Positions 1 to 14,178 of a stretch of DNA of 64,000 nucleotides are shown here, in pieces; within the stretch, counting starts at the first letter, position 1, and every line of letters begins with the position of its first letter. A program made the position numbers and the translations under genes. The notes beneath the pieces are model-generated. The model was not told where the DNA came from and searched no databases. It saw only the letters and a list, made by a program, of their open reading frames with translations. Source of the stretch: Eledone cirrhosa (Eukaryota); the NCBI GenBank assembly GCA_964016885.1, contig OZ024741.1, forward strand, positions 148,552,001-148,616,000, written 5' to 3'.

Positions 1-468
1 AAATTTTGAAGATGCCAGCTATCGCAGCCATTTGTAGACTATGAATTAGGGAGCTGCGCTTTTTGTCCGCAAATCCAAGTTCAGTCATACTTTGGTCCAA
101 GCGGGTTGGTATATAACTCGTAGCTCCAATAATGATGGGTATGAAGCTAAAGGTGTATCTTGGATACTGAATTTTTAACTCCTCATCAATGGACCGTAGA
201 TGTCCTCCTTCTCCTGTATTTTTCTGACAACGTTTACATCAAGTGGGCAGCTGATCTCCACAAAAGAACACGTTTTCAATGTGTGGTCCCAAACAACAAT
301 ATCAGGCCGGTTGTGCTTTAATTTGGTGGCAGTTTTTATTTTCAGGTTCCACCAGTATTCCTTAGTGCCATCTGTCTCAATATATTCTTCCTCGTTTGTT
401 GTTAATTTTGTTTTCCGAAGTGTGTTCCAGATGGTTCTAGCTATCCCATCGTGTCTCATGGGGAGTAG
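1..468 (-). mobile_element. Non-LTR retrotransposon C-terminal fragment with restriction-like endonuclease (R4/Dong-like)
   Basis: Translation RHDGIA...KHNRPDIVVWD...SFVEISCPLD...EKEDIY matches the RLE PD-(D/E)xK motif; frameshifted continuation to the window edge; truncated by (TACA)n at 469. Confidence 0.75.
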
Positions 469-585
469 TACATACATACATACATACATACATACATACA
501 TACATACATACATACATACATACATACATACATACATACATACATACATACATACATACATACATACATGTATGTATGTATGTAT
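469..585. repeat. (TACA)n switching to (TATG)n microsatellite
   Basis: Direct reading; orientation flips at ~568. Confidence 0.98.
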
Positions 586-1194
586 GGTCAGGTCACCAGT
601 TGGTGCTACTGGTAACATGTATCCCAGTACAACCTGTCTCATGGTCGGGTCGTTGGCGACTAAACTGGCAACCCCACCAAGGTTTCTTGGTGAGGAGGGT
701 GACTTTGAACATCCTGCAGAACTAAAAACAAAACCTGTCAAAGGACAAAGGAGCTCTTAAGAGTCAATGGCTATCCAAAATCGCCGGGAGAGATGACCCC
801 TTAGCCTTTGTCAAGGCAGAATTCTAGGAGAAGGAAAACTCTGATATAACACCTGCAACCCTGATGGTATCCAATGATGTTGACTTCTTCTTTTTGGTAA
901 ATATCATCTTGGTTAAGAGAGTGGGACTGGCTTTGTGCACTGCCTTTGTTCACTATAAAAGCTTCACGGCACAGGCATTGCTTTATATCTGGAGATCTCT
1001 CTGCATTTGTCATCACATGGTACCATGGGCACAGCACTATCTGTCAATAATTGTCACAAGTGTAGTGTTTGTACCAGAATTTTCAAGTCGCTGGCTGGAC
1101 TAAAAAGTCACACCCGTTCAGCGCATCGGTAGGGGTTTTCCTACATGGATATAAAGTAGTGGCCGTACTCGAAAACGAGTTGGCAGCCACCACC

Positions 1195-1197
<3 letters not shown>
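586..1197 (+). mobile_element. Non-autonomous RTE-derived SINE-like element, copy A
   Basis: Near-identical reverse complement of 33093-33703; 3' end GGCCGTACTCGAAAACGAGTTGGCAGCCACC resembles the 3' UTR of the RTE LINE at 31030-31070; microsatellites on both sides. Confidence 0.85.
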
Positions 1198-1260
<63 letters not shown>

Positions 1261-1261
<1 letters not shown>

Positions 1262-3225
1262 AGAGTAAAATAAGGTTACAACTCTGGTCCTGCACCAGCC
1301 AGGTGCTGGACTGGTTTACATTTTTACCTGACAAACATAGAACTAGCTTCATACAACTAGACATCAACAATTACTACTCCTCTATCTCGCCCATAGTCCT
1401 GATCAAGGCACTCATATTCGCGATGAATAGGACAGACTTAACATGCGACGAGGTCCGAATCATACACGCCGCCAGAAAGACCCTGATCCGATTCGGTGAG
1501 GACATATGGACCCGGAGCGACTGGCCAAATAATTTTGACATTACAATGGGCTTCAGTGACTCCGCGCAGCTAACGGACCTGGTTGGGATATACATACTCT
1601 ACGAGATCAGGAGAGAAATACCCAACCTGGGTGGCGGGCTGTACCGAGACGACGCACTCTTCACCGTAGTGGACCACAGCACCACAATGGTCGAAAATAT
1701 GAAGAGGAGAATTAGGCACTTCTTTAGCAAGGTAGGACTTAACGTAGAGATGGAACCCAATAGAAAAGTAGTGAATTTCCTGGACACCACACTCAACCTC
1801 AACACCATGCTACACCACCCATATCATAAACCCAATGAGAAGCTGGTGTATATCAACGCTGAGTCCAATCACCCTAGATCTATAGTTAAGGCCGTAGTTA
1901 AGAGTGTCTCTGACAGGATCTCTAACTTGTCGGCTAATAAAGAGATCTTCAATAGTAACGCTGGTGACTATAACTCAGCGCTAGCTAAGGCGTCCCACAG
2001 CCATAGGATCAGCTACAACCCTAAGGGACATGATCGAGATGACCCAAGGGTACCCCGGACCAATACCCTCAGAGGCATGAGTCGCCCACCTAATACCTCG
2101 GTGACCAGTAGTAACACTCCCAGACCCCTATCCGTCACCACCCCCGGTAGAAGGTCCCGCATACCCCACCGGTCTAATACCTACAACGCTGAAGACCACT
2201 GTGCTGCGGAGCATAGGCACCCCTGCACCGGCCCCACCACCCGCTGAACCCTAATTGAGCAGGGAGGCCGCACCTCGCAGGTTTATAGCCCCACGGTGGG
2301 CCCATATAACCCTCATGATAGTGACCGCTCTGCACACCTGAGTGACACCAACCGAGCTCGACCTGAGCTGTGCACAACCACGCGATGGACCACGGCGGAC
2401 ACCCAACAACCCCGCAAGAATAGGACCAGGAAGGTCACATGGTATAACCCTCCGTACTCGGTGGGTCTATGTACCAGCCTGGCTAGAACATTCTTTAGAG
2501 TACTGGATAAATGTTTCCCTGGGGCCCACAAGTACCATAAAATATTCAACAGGCACACGGTGAAACTTTCCTACTCAACCACACGCTCCGTAGCCCAGCA
2601 CATTAGCTGGCATAAATAGGAATAGGCTCACTGCCTCTAATACCACCGTAAATCCCGGAGCTACCCAACATAACCAGCACGCGGGACGCACCGGAACCCG
2701 GACAGGCCCAACTAGCACACCGGAACCCAACGACCCTGTGCTGATTGCGGAGGCTACACAGCCAACCTCGAGTGATGGTAACCACGCGGTACATGTGGTG
2801 GGGCTTAAGAAGTCATGTAATTGCAGAGACCCATCACTATGCCCCCTTAGTAATGAATGCATGACGAAAACGTAGTCTACAGGTGCAAGGTCACAATCCC
2901 TAACTCGGAGCATTACTACATAGGATCCACAGCGACGGGCTTCAAAGATCGGTGGTATAACCATCGCCATTCCTTTAACAGAATAGATAAGAGGAAATGT
3001 ACGGCCCTTTCTGAATTGATCTTGAAAAGACCCCGCACTCTCTGGTCTGGTCCGTGGTTAGAAAGATTCCCCCAGACAGAGGCGGGTCTGGTATTTGCAA
3101 CCTCTGTCTTTGTGAGACACTCGAGATACTTCATGGCGGAACCAAGGTATTAAACAGAAGGGCCGACTTATTCGGTGCCTGCAGACACCTAAGGACGGGA
3201 ACTTTCCTCAAGCTATATGGATAAA
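1261..3225 (+). pseudogene. Disrupted PLE RT/GIY-YIG ORF
   Basis: Spread over ORF pieces 1069..2247, 2296..2619 and 2857..3153 with stops and frameshifts. Confidence 0.85.
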
Positions 3226-3387
3226 CCCCGGTTAAGGTCTCCTACAAAGCGCCCCCCCCCCCTGTAGGTCCCCTACCAATGACCAATGGACAACAACAAC
3301 CATCCATAGTGTGTGGTCCCTATGGTGGATGGTCCACCGGATCCTCTACTGGTTAGGAGTCATCAAAACGACGTTTTATTGAACCTG

Positions 3388-3451
<64 letters not shown>

Positions 3452-4012
3452 TGTATTATATGTATATATATATATATTTTATATGTGTATATATGTGTAT
3501 TTTATATATATATATATGTATATATTTTATATATATATGTATGTATATTTTATATGTGTATGTATTTTATATATATGTATATTTTATATATGTATATATA
3601 TTTTATATATATATATATTTTATATATATATATGTATTATATATATATACTTGTGCGTACATATATATATATATATATACACACCTGTATGGATTTGTGT
3701 GTGTAGATGTTGTGTGTCTGAGGTTGTAGGTGTGAGTGCATGTACAAGTCAACCAACATAAGCCTTTTATTTCTAAATTTCTAAACTATCTAAGTATTTG
3801 ACTCTAACCATATTTTAAGTATTACCACCCCACATTAATTCCTCAATTTGTATGTGTGTGTGTCTGTGGAGGTGGGTGTGAGTGTACGTGCAAGCCAACC
3901 TACATAAGTCTTTTTATTTGTAAATTTTCTACTCTAACCATAATTTTCAGTAGCACCACTCCATATAAATTCCTCAATTTAAGAATGAGCTGTAGTATCT
4001 AAGAACTGACTA

Positions 4013-4068
4013 ACTGCCTGATGAGGTCGTAGCCATTCAATGGCTATCATCGAAATATATATAGCAGT
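4013..4068 (+). ncRNA. Type I hammerhead ribozyme (minimal, PLE pLTR type)
   Basis: ACTGC-CTGATGA-stem II (TAGCCAT/ATGGCTA)-GAAA-TATATA-TA-GCAGT; stem I ACTGC/GCAGT. Confidence 0.85.
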
Positions 4069-4109
4069 AAATAAAGGATTATGAGTTCATGCAATTGACT
4101 TATGGTTCG

Positions 4110-4156
<47 letters not shown>

Positions 4157-4165
4157 ATATATATG

Positions 4166-4315
<150 letters not shown>

Positions 4316-4320
4316 TATGT

Positions 4321-5327
4321 ATTAGTGAAAAAGAACAAAGGAACTATTATGACATTATAACAAGTTTATTGCCGGCAGCCGTTTCGTCCGACCCCATGGT
4401 GGGACTTATCAAGGCATATAACATGTGATTGCAAGATCATTGTTTACATCAACGTATCACTCAAGGCTAGCAGTTTGAAATTGTTGTATACATCAGCAAC
4501 TCCGCTTGTATAGTTGGGGTCAATATTCTAAGGGGAGCTCTTTTATATTAGTTGTCGGGGTCAGGGATTGAAGTTTAAAAATTAGACAAAAATATATAAT
4601 TTACGCATCAACATTAAACTAAAAGACTTGGGGTCCCGTAGAAGCACCTTAGAAAATCCCTCAATGAGTGCATAAAGCTTACAGGCTCCAATAAACCTAT
4701 TAGACTAGAAGAAAATTAAGAGGCTAATAAAATAAGAAAATAAAAATATAAAGTTTCCCTAAAAAATATATAAAGTTCCTATGAAATTTCTTCTCGAGAA
4801 AAAAATGTTTTTCCGAAAGAACAAAACCTTCTTCCCCCGAGATCACGTTTACAAAATTCAGAAAACTGAATTGAAAACTAATTTGAAACTAGGTTGAAAG
4901 AAACTAATCAATTAGAGGTTAATTCAGAGAGCCTTCCATAAATCTCTCAGAAAAGGCCCCTTTAATATTTCCAATAGGAACTTCTTCCGAGAGACCCTTC
5001 GAAGAATTAAAATTTTAGAGAGCCTTTAAGGATAAATATAAAAACGAATTGAGGAAAATTATACATTAAAAGTTAAAAATTAAAAATTACGGTATTTGGG
5101 ATATCCGAGGATATCCTTAGAATATTGACCCCAACTATACAAGCGGAGTTGCTGATGTATACAACAATTTCAAACTGCTAGTCTTGAGTGATACGTTGAT
5201 GTAAACAATGATCTTGCAATCACATGTTATATGCCTTGATAAGTCCCACCATGGGGTCGGACGAAACGGCTGTCGGCAATAAACTTGTTATAATGTCATA
5301 ATAGTTCCTTTGTTCTTTTTCACTAAT
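4321..5327. mobile_element. Inverted-repeat (pLTR fold-back) element, arms ~4321-4533 and ~5116-5327
   Basis: ~210-bp arms are near-perfect reverse complements, each with a hammerhead motif; AT-rich spacer; set in (TA)n. Confidence 0.85.
5232..5278 (+). ncRNA. Type I hammerhead ribozyme, U3-A8 core variant
   Basis: TGCC-TTGATAA-GTCC...GGAC-GAAA-CGGCTG-TC-GGCA then AATAAA; the inverted copy at 4370-4416 has GUC changed to GCC. Confidence 0.75.
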
Positions 5328-5438
5328 ATTTCTGCTCTGCGTATACGCATAGAGCTTAACTAGCTACCGTCACATATTTGGTAAGTCAGACGTGATCATC
5401 GCGATTCACATACGACCTACCATACATCTTACTTATTA

Positions 5439-5539
<101 letters not shown>

Positions 5540-5577
5540 ACTATTAGTTTCTCGCTAAAACAATCTCTATACCTCTC

Positions 5578-5612
<35 letters not shown>

Positions 5613-5707
5613 TTTTGAGTTTATGTTGGTTGTATACCAACACCTCAGTATGCAGGCTGGAGCACTCGACGAAGTGCGCAGGTTGGTTTGGTTACTCCGG
5701 AGTAGTG

Positions 5708-6486
<779 letters not shown>

Positions 6487-6499
6487 GTATATATGTATG

Positions 6500-6616
<117 letters not shown>

Positions 6617-6736
6617 GGTGTGTAACTATAGTTACAGGCAGCGCGCTGTTCAAATCACTCAATGCTTGTATTCCAGAGATAAGGCGGCTGTAGTGTAAAT
6701 AGATTAAGTGTTGCAGCGTGTTTACAAACATTATTG

Positions 6737-6825
6737 GCATATGACAATTGTTTCGATATCGATCAGCTCAGGGTACATTCAAAATGACGGGGCCTTACTC
6801 TTTTTCGACATCTCGTCAGATATGC
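6737..6825 (-). ncRNA. Type I hammerhead ribozyme, intact core
   Basis: Minus strand: GCATAT-CTGACGA-GATGTCGA-(~40-nt loop)-TCGATATC-GAAA-CAATTG-TC-ATATGC. Confidence 0.88.
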
Positions 6826-6987
6826 GAGTTTATATGTGTAAAGGCACATCTAAACTGTTGACAGAGGTTCCTGACTCTTTTTATATACACTTATTAATGG
6901 GTTTTGTTAGGGTGGGAAGTGAGTAGTAGAAGGAATAACAGTAGGTTTACATTTAAAGACCACAGGAGGGGTGAAGGATTAAAAAAA

Positions 6988-7573
6988 CGAAGATGTGGAA
7001 GTTCAAGTTTCTCGGGGCTGTGTTCTCAAATGAGGGAAGGCAAGAGGCTGAATTAAGTGCGAGAATTGCAGGAGCTGGTGTAGTAATGCGCCAGCTTCAG
7101 CATCGGTAATCGTGAATTCGGTATTCGTGCCAACCCTTACCTATGGTCATGAATCTTGGGTAATGACCGAAAGAATACGATCGCGAATTCTAGCAGCCTA
7201 AATGGGGTTCCTCCGAAGGAGTTTTGGAGTAACGTTACTCGATAGAGTGCATAGCTTGGAGATGAGAGAGTCACTCCAGGTAGAGCCTCTGCTTCTTTGA
7301 ATTGAGAGATCACAACTCCGATACTAAGTGCATGTGGTTAGAATGTCTCAGGAAAGAATCGTTGAACAGATTTTACGGGCAAAACCAACTGGCAGGAGAC
7401 CGGGGAGAGACCGCGAGCAAGTTGGTTGGATAAGATCCATGAGCTTGGCTGGTCCCGCTTGGGGATCTATCCGGATCATTTTGAGACGGTTGCCCCTGGC
7501 AGGACCCATTTGAAGGAGTGTTTGAAAACTCGCCCCCACGGTCTTCCCAAGAAGAAGAAGAAGAAGAAGAAGA
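6988..7573 (+). mobile_element. RTE/Expander-like LINE 3' fragment with (GAA)n tail
   Basis: FKFLGAVFSNEG, VPTLTYGHESWVMTERIR, MGFLRR, HVVRMSQERI...PTGRRP; (GAA)n at 7550-7573. Confidence 0.85.
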
Positions 7574-7719
7574 AATAAAAAGTAAAGGAAGTAAAAAATA
7601 TATAAAAAATAAAAAATAAGTTAACTAGTTAAAAAAAAGGATTAAAAAATTAAAAATAGCAAAATGACAAATGAAAATGAAAAATAAAAAAATAAAGAAA
7701 TAAGGAAATAAAAGGGCAA

Positions 7720-8390
7720 GAGACTGATACTGGGCGCTAGGCATCTGGAATGTTGCCAAACGCTGACTACCCTCCACCAGGCGGGCAATGTAGACTGGAA
7801 ATTCCACTCCAGAGTTCTATAAAGGATTAGTGGTGGGCAAGTGCGACGACGCTCTTTGAGAAGCGTTAGGAGTCGACGAAATCGAACTGACCGGAGGACA
7901 TTTGACTCGGGGATTATGGATAACTTCCAGAAATCCCTGCGTGTCGTAGCGAAAGAGGTTGTGTGGTGGACCAGGCTCAAAGGATTAAAGACAGACACTT
8001 TTCTCTTCGGCCAATCCCTCATCATCTTTTTCGAGTTTCACTTGGAAAAGAAGGTGAGGGTGGAGAGAGAAGTACTGACCCTCCCCCTCCGCCACCAGTA
8101 CATTTGCTAAAAAGTGGGTGAATGTGGCGTGAGTGGCCCATGTGAGCTTGCGCCTGTAGGTTGGGTTATTTGAAGAGGAGAAGGGTGCCCTCTGCGGATC
8201 CTCTCGGAGTGTCGAGTGGTTCATGATTGGTGGTGTTCCTAAGTTGCCCCTGGGTGGTTCTCACCCCTATTGGGAAACTTGTTCTGTTGTAATTTTTCTT
8301 GTTTATAGTTAGTTTTTATATTGTTTACTCAATTTTATTGTTAACCCCGACTGTCCCTGTCTGTTCGTTGTGGCCAATAAAGAAATTAGC
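7720..8390 (+). mobile_element. L1/Tx1-like LINE ORF2 C-terminus and 3' UTR fragment
   Basis: KEVVWWTRLKGLKTDTFLFGQSLIIFFEFHLEKKVRVEREVL...FAKKWVNVA; AATAAA near 8376. Confidence 0.6.
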
Positions 8391-8752
8391 CGTTTATTTC
8401 CTTATCTCCTTATTTTCTATTTTCTTTTATTTTTCATTTTTATTTGTCATTTTACTATTTTTTGTTATTTTGTTTTATCCTGCTTTTACTTTTGATATAT
8501 ATTTTTACTTTCTTTACTTTTTATTTTTTATCTTTATTTTATCCTTCACCGTTCCTGTGGTCTTTAAATGTAAATCAACTGTTATTCCTTCAACTACTCT
8601 TTTCCCACCCTAACAAAACCCATTAATAAGTGTATATAAAAAGATCCCGGAACATCTTTATTGTACCCTGAGCTGATCGATATCGAAATAATTGTAATAA
8701 AGTTTGTACATACGCTGCAACACTGACTTCGATTCTACTTAACCCCCCCCCC

Positions 8753-8787
<35 letters not shown>

Positions 8788-9039
8788 AAACGACAACAGA
8801 AGACCAGATTGGAAGATATATATATAATAAACAACTTTTTGGCAATTTAAAATGTATATTCTAGAAATCTATAAGACTTATAATACTGTTGGCAGGGCCA
8901 CCTTTATGGCATAGGCACACAAGGATGTTTTGTTTTTGTTTTTTTGTAGGGAAAGGCAGTACCCATGGTTTTCACAAGCCCTAAAAACCAGAGAAAGTGA
9001 TTCCCTTACTGTTTTGCTAAACTGTTGCAAGCCCACTCC

Positions 9040-9430
9040 TCTCTTAGATTCTAAATTGCTGCCAATTCCGATAGACCTCTGCAAAAAGAAGGGCTAACAA
9101 GTCTACCAGTTTACAATATGGTTTGTAGGAAAGAGCATCGATCCCTGGCGTCTTATATCTCGCACAGAATATCCACTATTTTAGAAGTGGAAATCCTATT
9201 TTCGCACCTCTCTCCCTTTTCTATCTCTTGAAGCAGACCAGCATTGAAGGTAACGAAACCACCATTTCCAGTCCGTTGCTCTTCCCGAACAGTTGGGAAA
9301 AGGGCTACTGAAAATCCTCACACATCCGCCCAGAATTGGATATTACACCTCCTCCACGGTCAGTCAAAGACCATATCATCGTTCGCTTGCCATGGGCCCA
9401 TCGAATGGCTTTATTTCTTCGCTCTTTGAT
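9040..9430 (-). mobile_element. L1/Tx1-like ORF2 fragment (linker to start of RT)
   Basis: Minus-strand reading MCEDFQ*PFSQLFG...KTPGIDALSYKPY resembles the K(S/T)PGxDG motif. Confidence 0.55.
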
Positions 9431-10539
9431 GCGGATTCACTTTATTTACACTGCTATTCTTAAGAAAAAGCATGAATATTACATCTCACCGCCCCCATCA
9501 CTTACCGGACATACTAGTTTTATGTCAAGTTAAAAGAATGCAATATCAATTACTTTCTTTGTTCTCAGTTCAAATCAAGCTGAGGTAGAAATTGATTTTA
9601 ATCACTCCAGGCCGATAAAACAAGTCCCAGTTGTTGTTGATGAAAATGATGGCAATGATGCTTATGTCCAATACGTCTATGATTTATAATCAAAGGTGTT
9701 CTATTCATGACTACATTATCCAATATATTTTGTTTACAAGGGGGTATGAGTGGTTCGACGATGATTTGGCTGTTATTTTTATACATGTCGAACGACCAAA
9801 GTAGAGGCCCCGTGTTGGTTCGTTAAATACCAGTTATATGACGCATCGGTCGATGTTTCACCTTCCTCTTTGCAGAACGGACCTTAATATCTGGGGGGAG
9901 GGGGTATATTTATTAACCAGTGTAAAACTATGTGCGACACATTTATTTCTTCCTCATGTAAATATCCAAGTACTATTTTGCCAGTTATGAATTTCCTTGT
10001 GTACACCAACTACCCAGTTGTTTATTACAGTTTTATTAACATCACTATCTACCTCGTTTTCGTAATTCAAGACATCTCAGCTGCAATAATGAATTGGAAA
10101 AAATATCCCTTGTTTGTTAATTTTCAAACCAATAAAAGCCAAAGTTGTCTTATCAAAACTTGCTGTGTGTGATAAAGGCGCAAAAATTATAAATATATTT
10201 TCGAAAACGATATTCGTTTTCTGCTTCGTAATTCTTACTTGCAGTTTTACCCTTTTGAATATAATACCTGAAGACATGGCTTTTTTTTTCATTGCAGCAT
10301 TGCAAAACATGAAATTCTTAATATTACTGTGAAGACAAACTCCTTCTGGGACTGATCTCAGCTGCGCTAGCGTTCCAAGGTGTGATTATTGGCGAGTTTG
10401 TTAGGAACCATTTTATAATGACATTCCACTGAGAATTCTCTTGGAAAGAATATCAAACAGAGAAAGAAAGAATGAAAAACACAACGAGAAAAGCAATAAA
10501 AAAAATACATATAATTATTGTATGTGGGTGTGTATAATA

Positions 10540-12337
<1,798 letters not shown>

Positions 12338-12340
<3 letters not shown>

Positions 12341-13844
12341 AATAAACGTGCTGCGTGGTTGCAAATGGGTTACATATGAATAAAGTGGTCCTTCATCAGT
12401 GATCTTCCAACCATCATAGGTATTCCTTCGCTTTAAAGACCATATACCTCCGGTTGGTGCGAGCAACGGCTAAAAAAAGTCGTTGGGACACGTAAATAAA
12501 GGGGACAACGAGAGTGTAAACAAACAGATGGTGAAGCAACGAAAAGTGAGGAAGAACGAGTCAAGTCCCAAATTTCCATGAATATAAGTTCGGTAAAATC
12601 GTGAACGAGAGAGAATAAAGACCATCAAACCTGGTTGGAATGTGAGAAAGGAAGGAATTCCGTACAGGTCTAACGGGAGGAAGAAGGAGTCTAGTCTGTG
12701 AATTCGGTGAACATAAGTTCTGTGAAATCGTAGACGAGAGAGAGAAAAAAGGCGAACCAGCCTGACCAAGCGTGTGAAAGAAAAGAATTACGCACAGGTC
12801 AAACGGGAAGAAGGAGGAGGAGGCGAGGTAGTAACAGAGAGTGAGTGAGTGAAGGGTGAGGAAGAGGCTAACAGAGAGAGTGACTGTTAGAGAGGGTAAA
12901 GATACAGAGAAAGAGGAAGCAGTAAGAACGAAATAGACGGGTCACGGCGGGGGAAAAATATGTAGTAAATATGAGAATAAACGTGCTGCGTGGTTGCAAA
13001 TGGGTTACATATGAATAAAGTGGTCCTTGTTCTTCCTCACTTTTCGTTGCTTCACCATCTTTGTTTGTTTACACTCTCGCTGTCCCCTTTATTTACGTGT
13101 CCCAAGACTTTTTTTAGCCGTTGCTCGCACCAACCGGAGGTATATGGTCTTTAAAGCGAAGAAATACTTGTGATGGTTGGATGATCACTGATGAAGGACC
13201 ACTTTATTCATATGTAACCCATTTGCAACCACGCAGCACGTTTATTCTCATATTTACTACATATTTTTTCCCCCGCTGTGACCCGTCTATTTCGTTCTTA
13301 CTGCTTCCTCTTTCTCTGTATCTTTACCCTCCCTAACAGTCACTCTCTCTGTTAGCCTCTTCCTCACCCTTCACTCACTCACTCTCTGTTACTACCTCGC
13401 CTCCTCCTCCTTCTTCCCGTTTGACCTGTGCGTAATTCTTTTCTTTCGCACGCTTGGTCAGGCTGGTTCGCCTTTTTTCTCTCTCTCGTCTACGATTTCA
13501 CAGAACTTATGTTCACCGAATTCACAGACTAGATTCCTTCTTCCTCCCGTTAGACCTGTACGGAATTCCTTCCTTGCTCACATTCCAACCAGGTTTGATG
13601 GTCTTTATTCTCTCTCGTTCACGATTTCACCGAACTTACATTTATGGAAATTTGGGACTTGACTCGTTCTTCCTCATTTTTCGTTGCTTCATCATCTTTG
13701 TTTGTTTACACTCTCACTGTCCCCTTTATTTACGTGTTCCAACGACTTTTTTTAGCCGTTGCTCGCACCAACCGGAGGTATATGGTCTTTAAAGCGAAGA
13801 AATACCTATGATGGTTGGAAGATCACTGATGAAGGACCACTTTA

Positions 13845-13848
<4 letters not shown>
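12338..13848. mobile_element. Non-coding ~636-bp monomer in inverted >1-unit arrays (retrozyme-like or non-autonomous PLE-like)
   Basis: Minus array 12338-13028 (same motif at 12340 and 12975); plus array 13029-13848 (same motif at 13029 and 13666); both outer ends lie in (TA)n. Confidence 0.85.
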
Positions 13849-13915
<67 letters not shown>

Positions 13916-13991
13916 GTATATATATATATGTGTGTGTATATATATATATATATATGTCTGTGTATGTATAATATATATGTGTGTGTGTATG

Positions 13992-14024
<33 letters not shown>

Positions 14025-14097
14025 ATGTGTGTATATCTATATCTATCTGTCTATCTCTCTGTGTCACTGTTTCTCTTTCTCTCTCTCTCTATATATA

Positions 14098-14178
<81 letters not shown>

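Larger units (their letters stand above)
1261..4110 (+). mobile_element. Penelope-like element, 5' truncated, C-terminal GIY-YIG type (probably Hydra-like clade)
   Basis: RT motifs FIQLDINNYYSSI, ITMGFSDSA, LYRDD, VNFLD, HKPNEKLVYINAESNHP; WYNPPYS; CNCRDPSLCPLSNEC linker; VVY...YYIG and CNLC; 3' end carries a hammerhead followed by AATAAA; flanked by (TA)n. Confidence 0.9.
6700..8725. mobile_element. Old inverted pLTR pair (left arm ~6700-7720 split by an RTE insertion; right arm ~8395-8725)
   Basis: 6935-6985 is the reverse complement of 8540-8590, 7575-7715 of 8395-8530, and 6708-6780 of 8660-8725; hammerhead in the left arm. Confidence 0.75.

Noticed and set aside
10262-10326. CTGAAGA...CATGAAA hammerhead-like spacing
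   Set aside because: Stem II only ~3 bp, no stem III pairing and a mismatched stem I base; chance match in AT-rich DNA or too decayed to call
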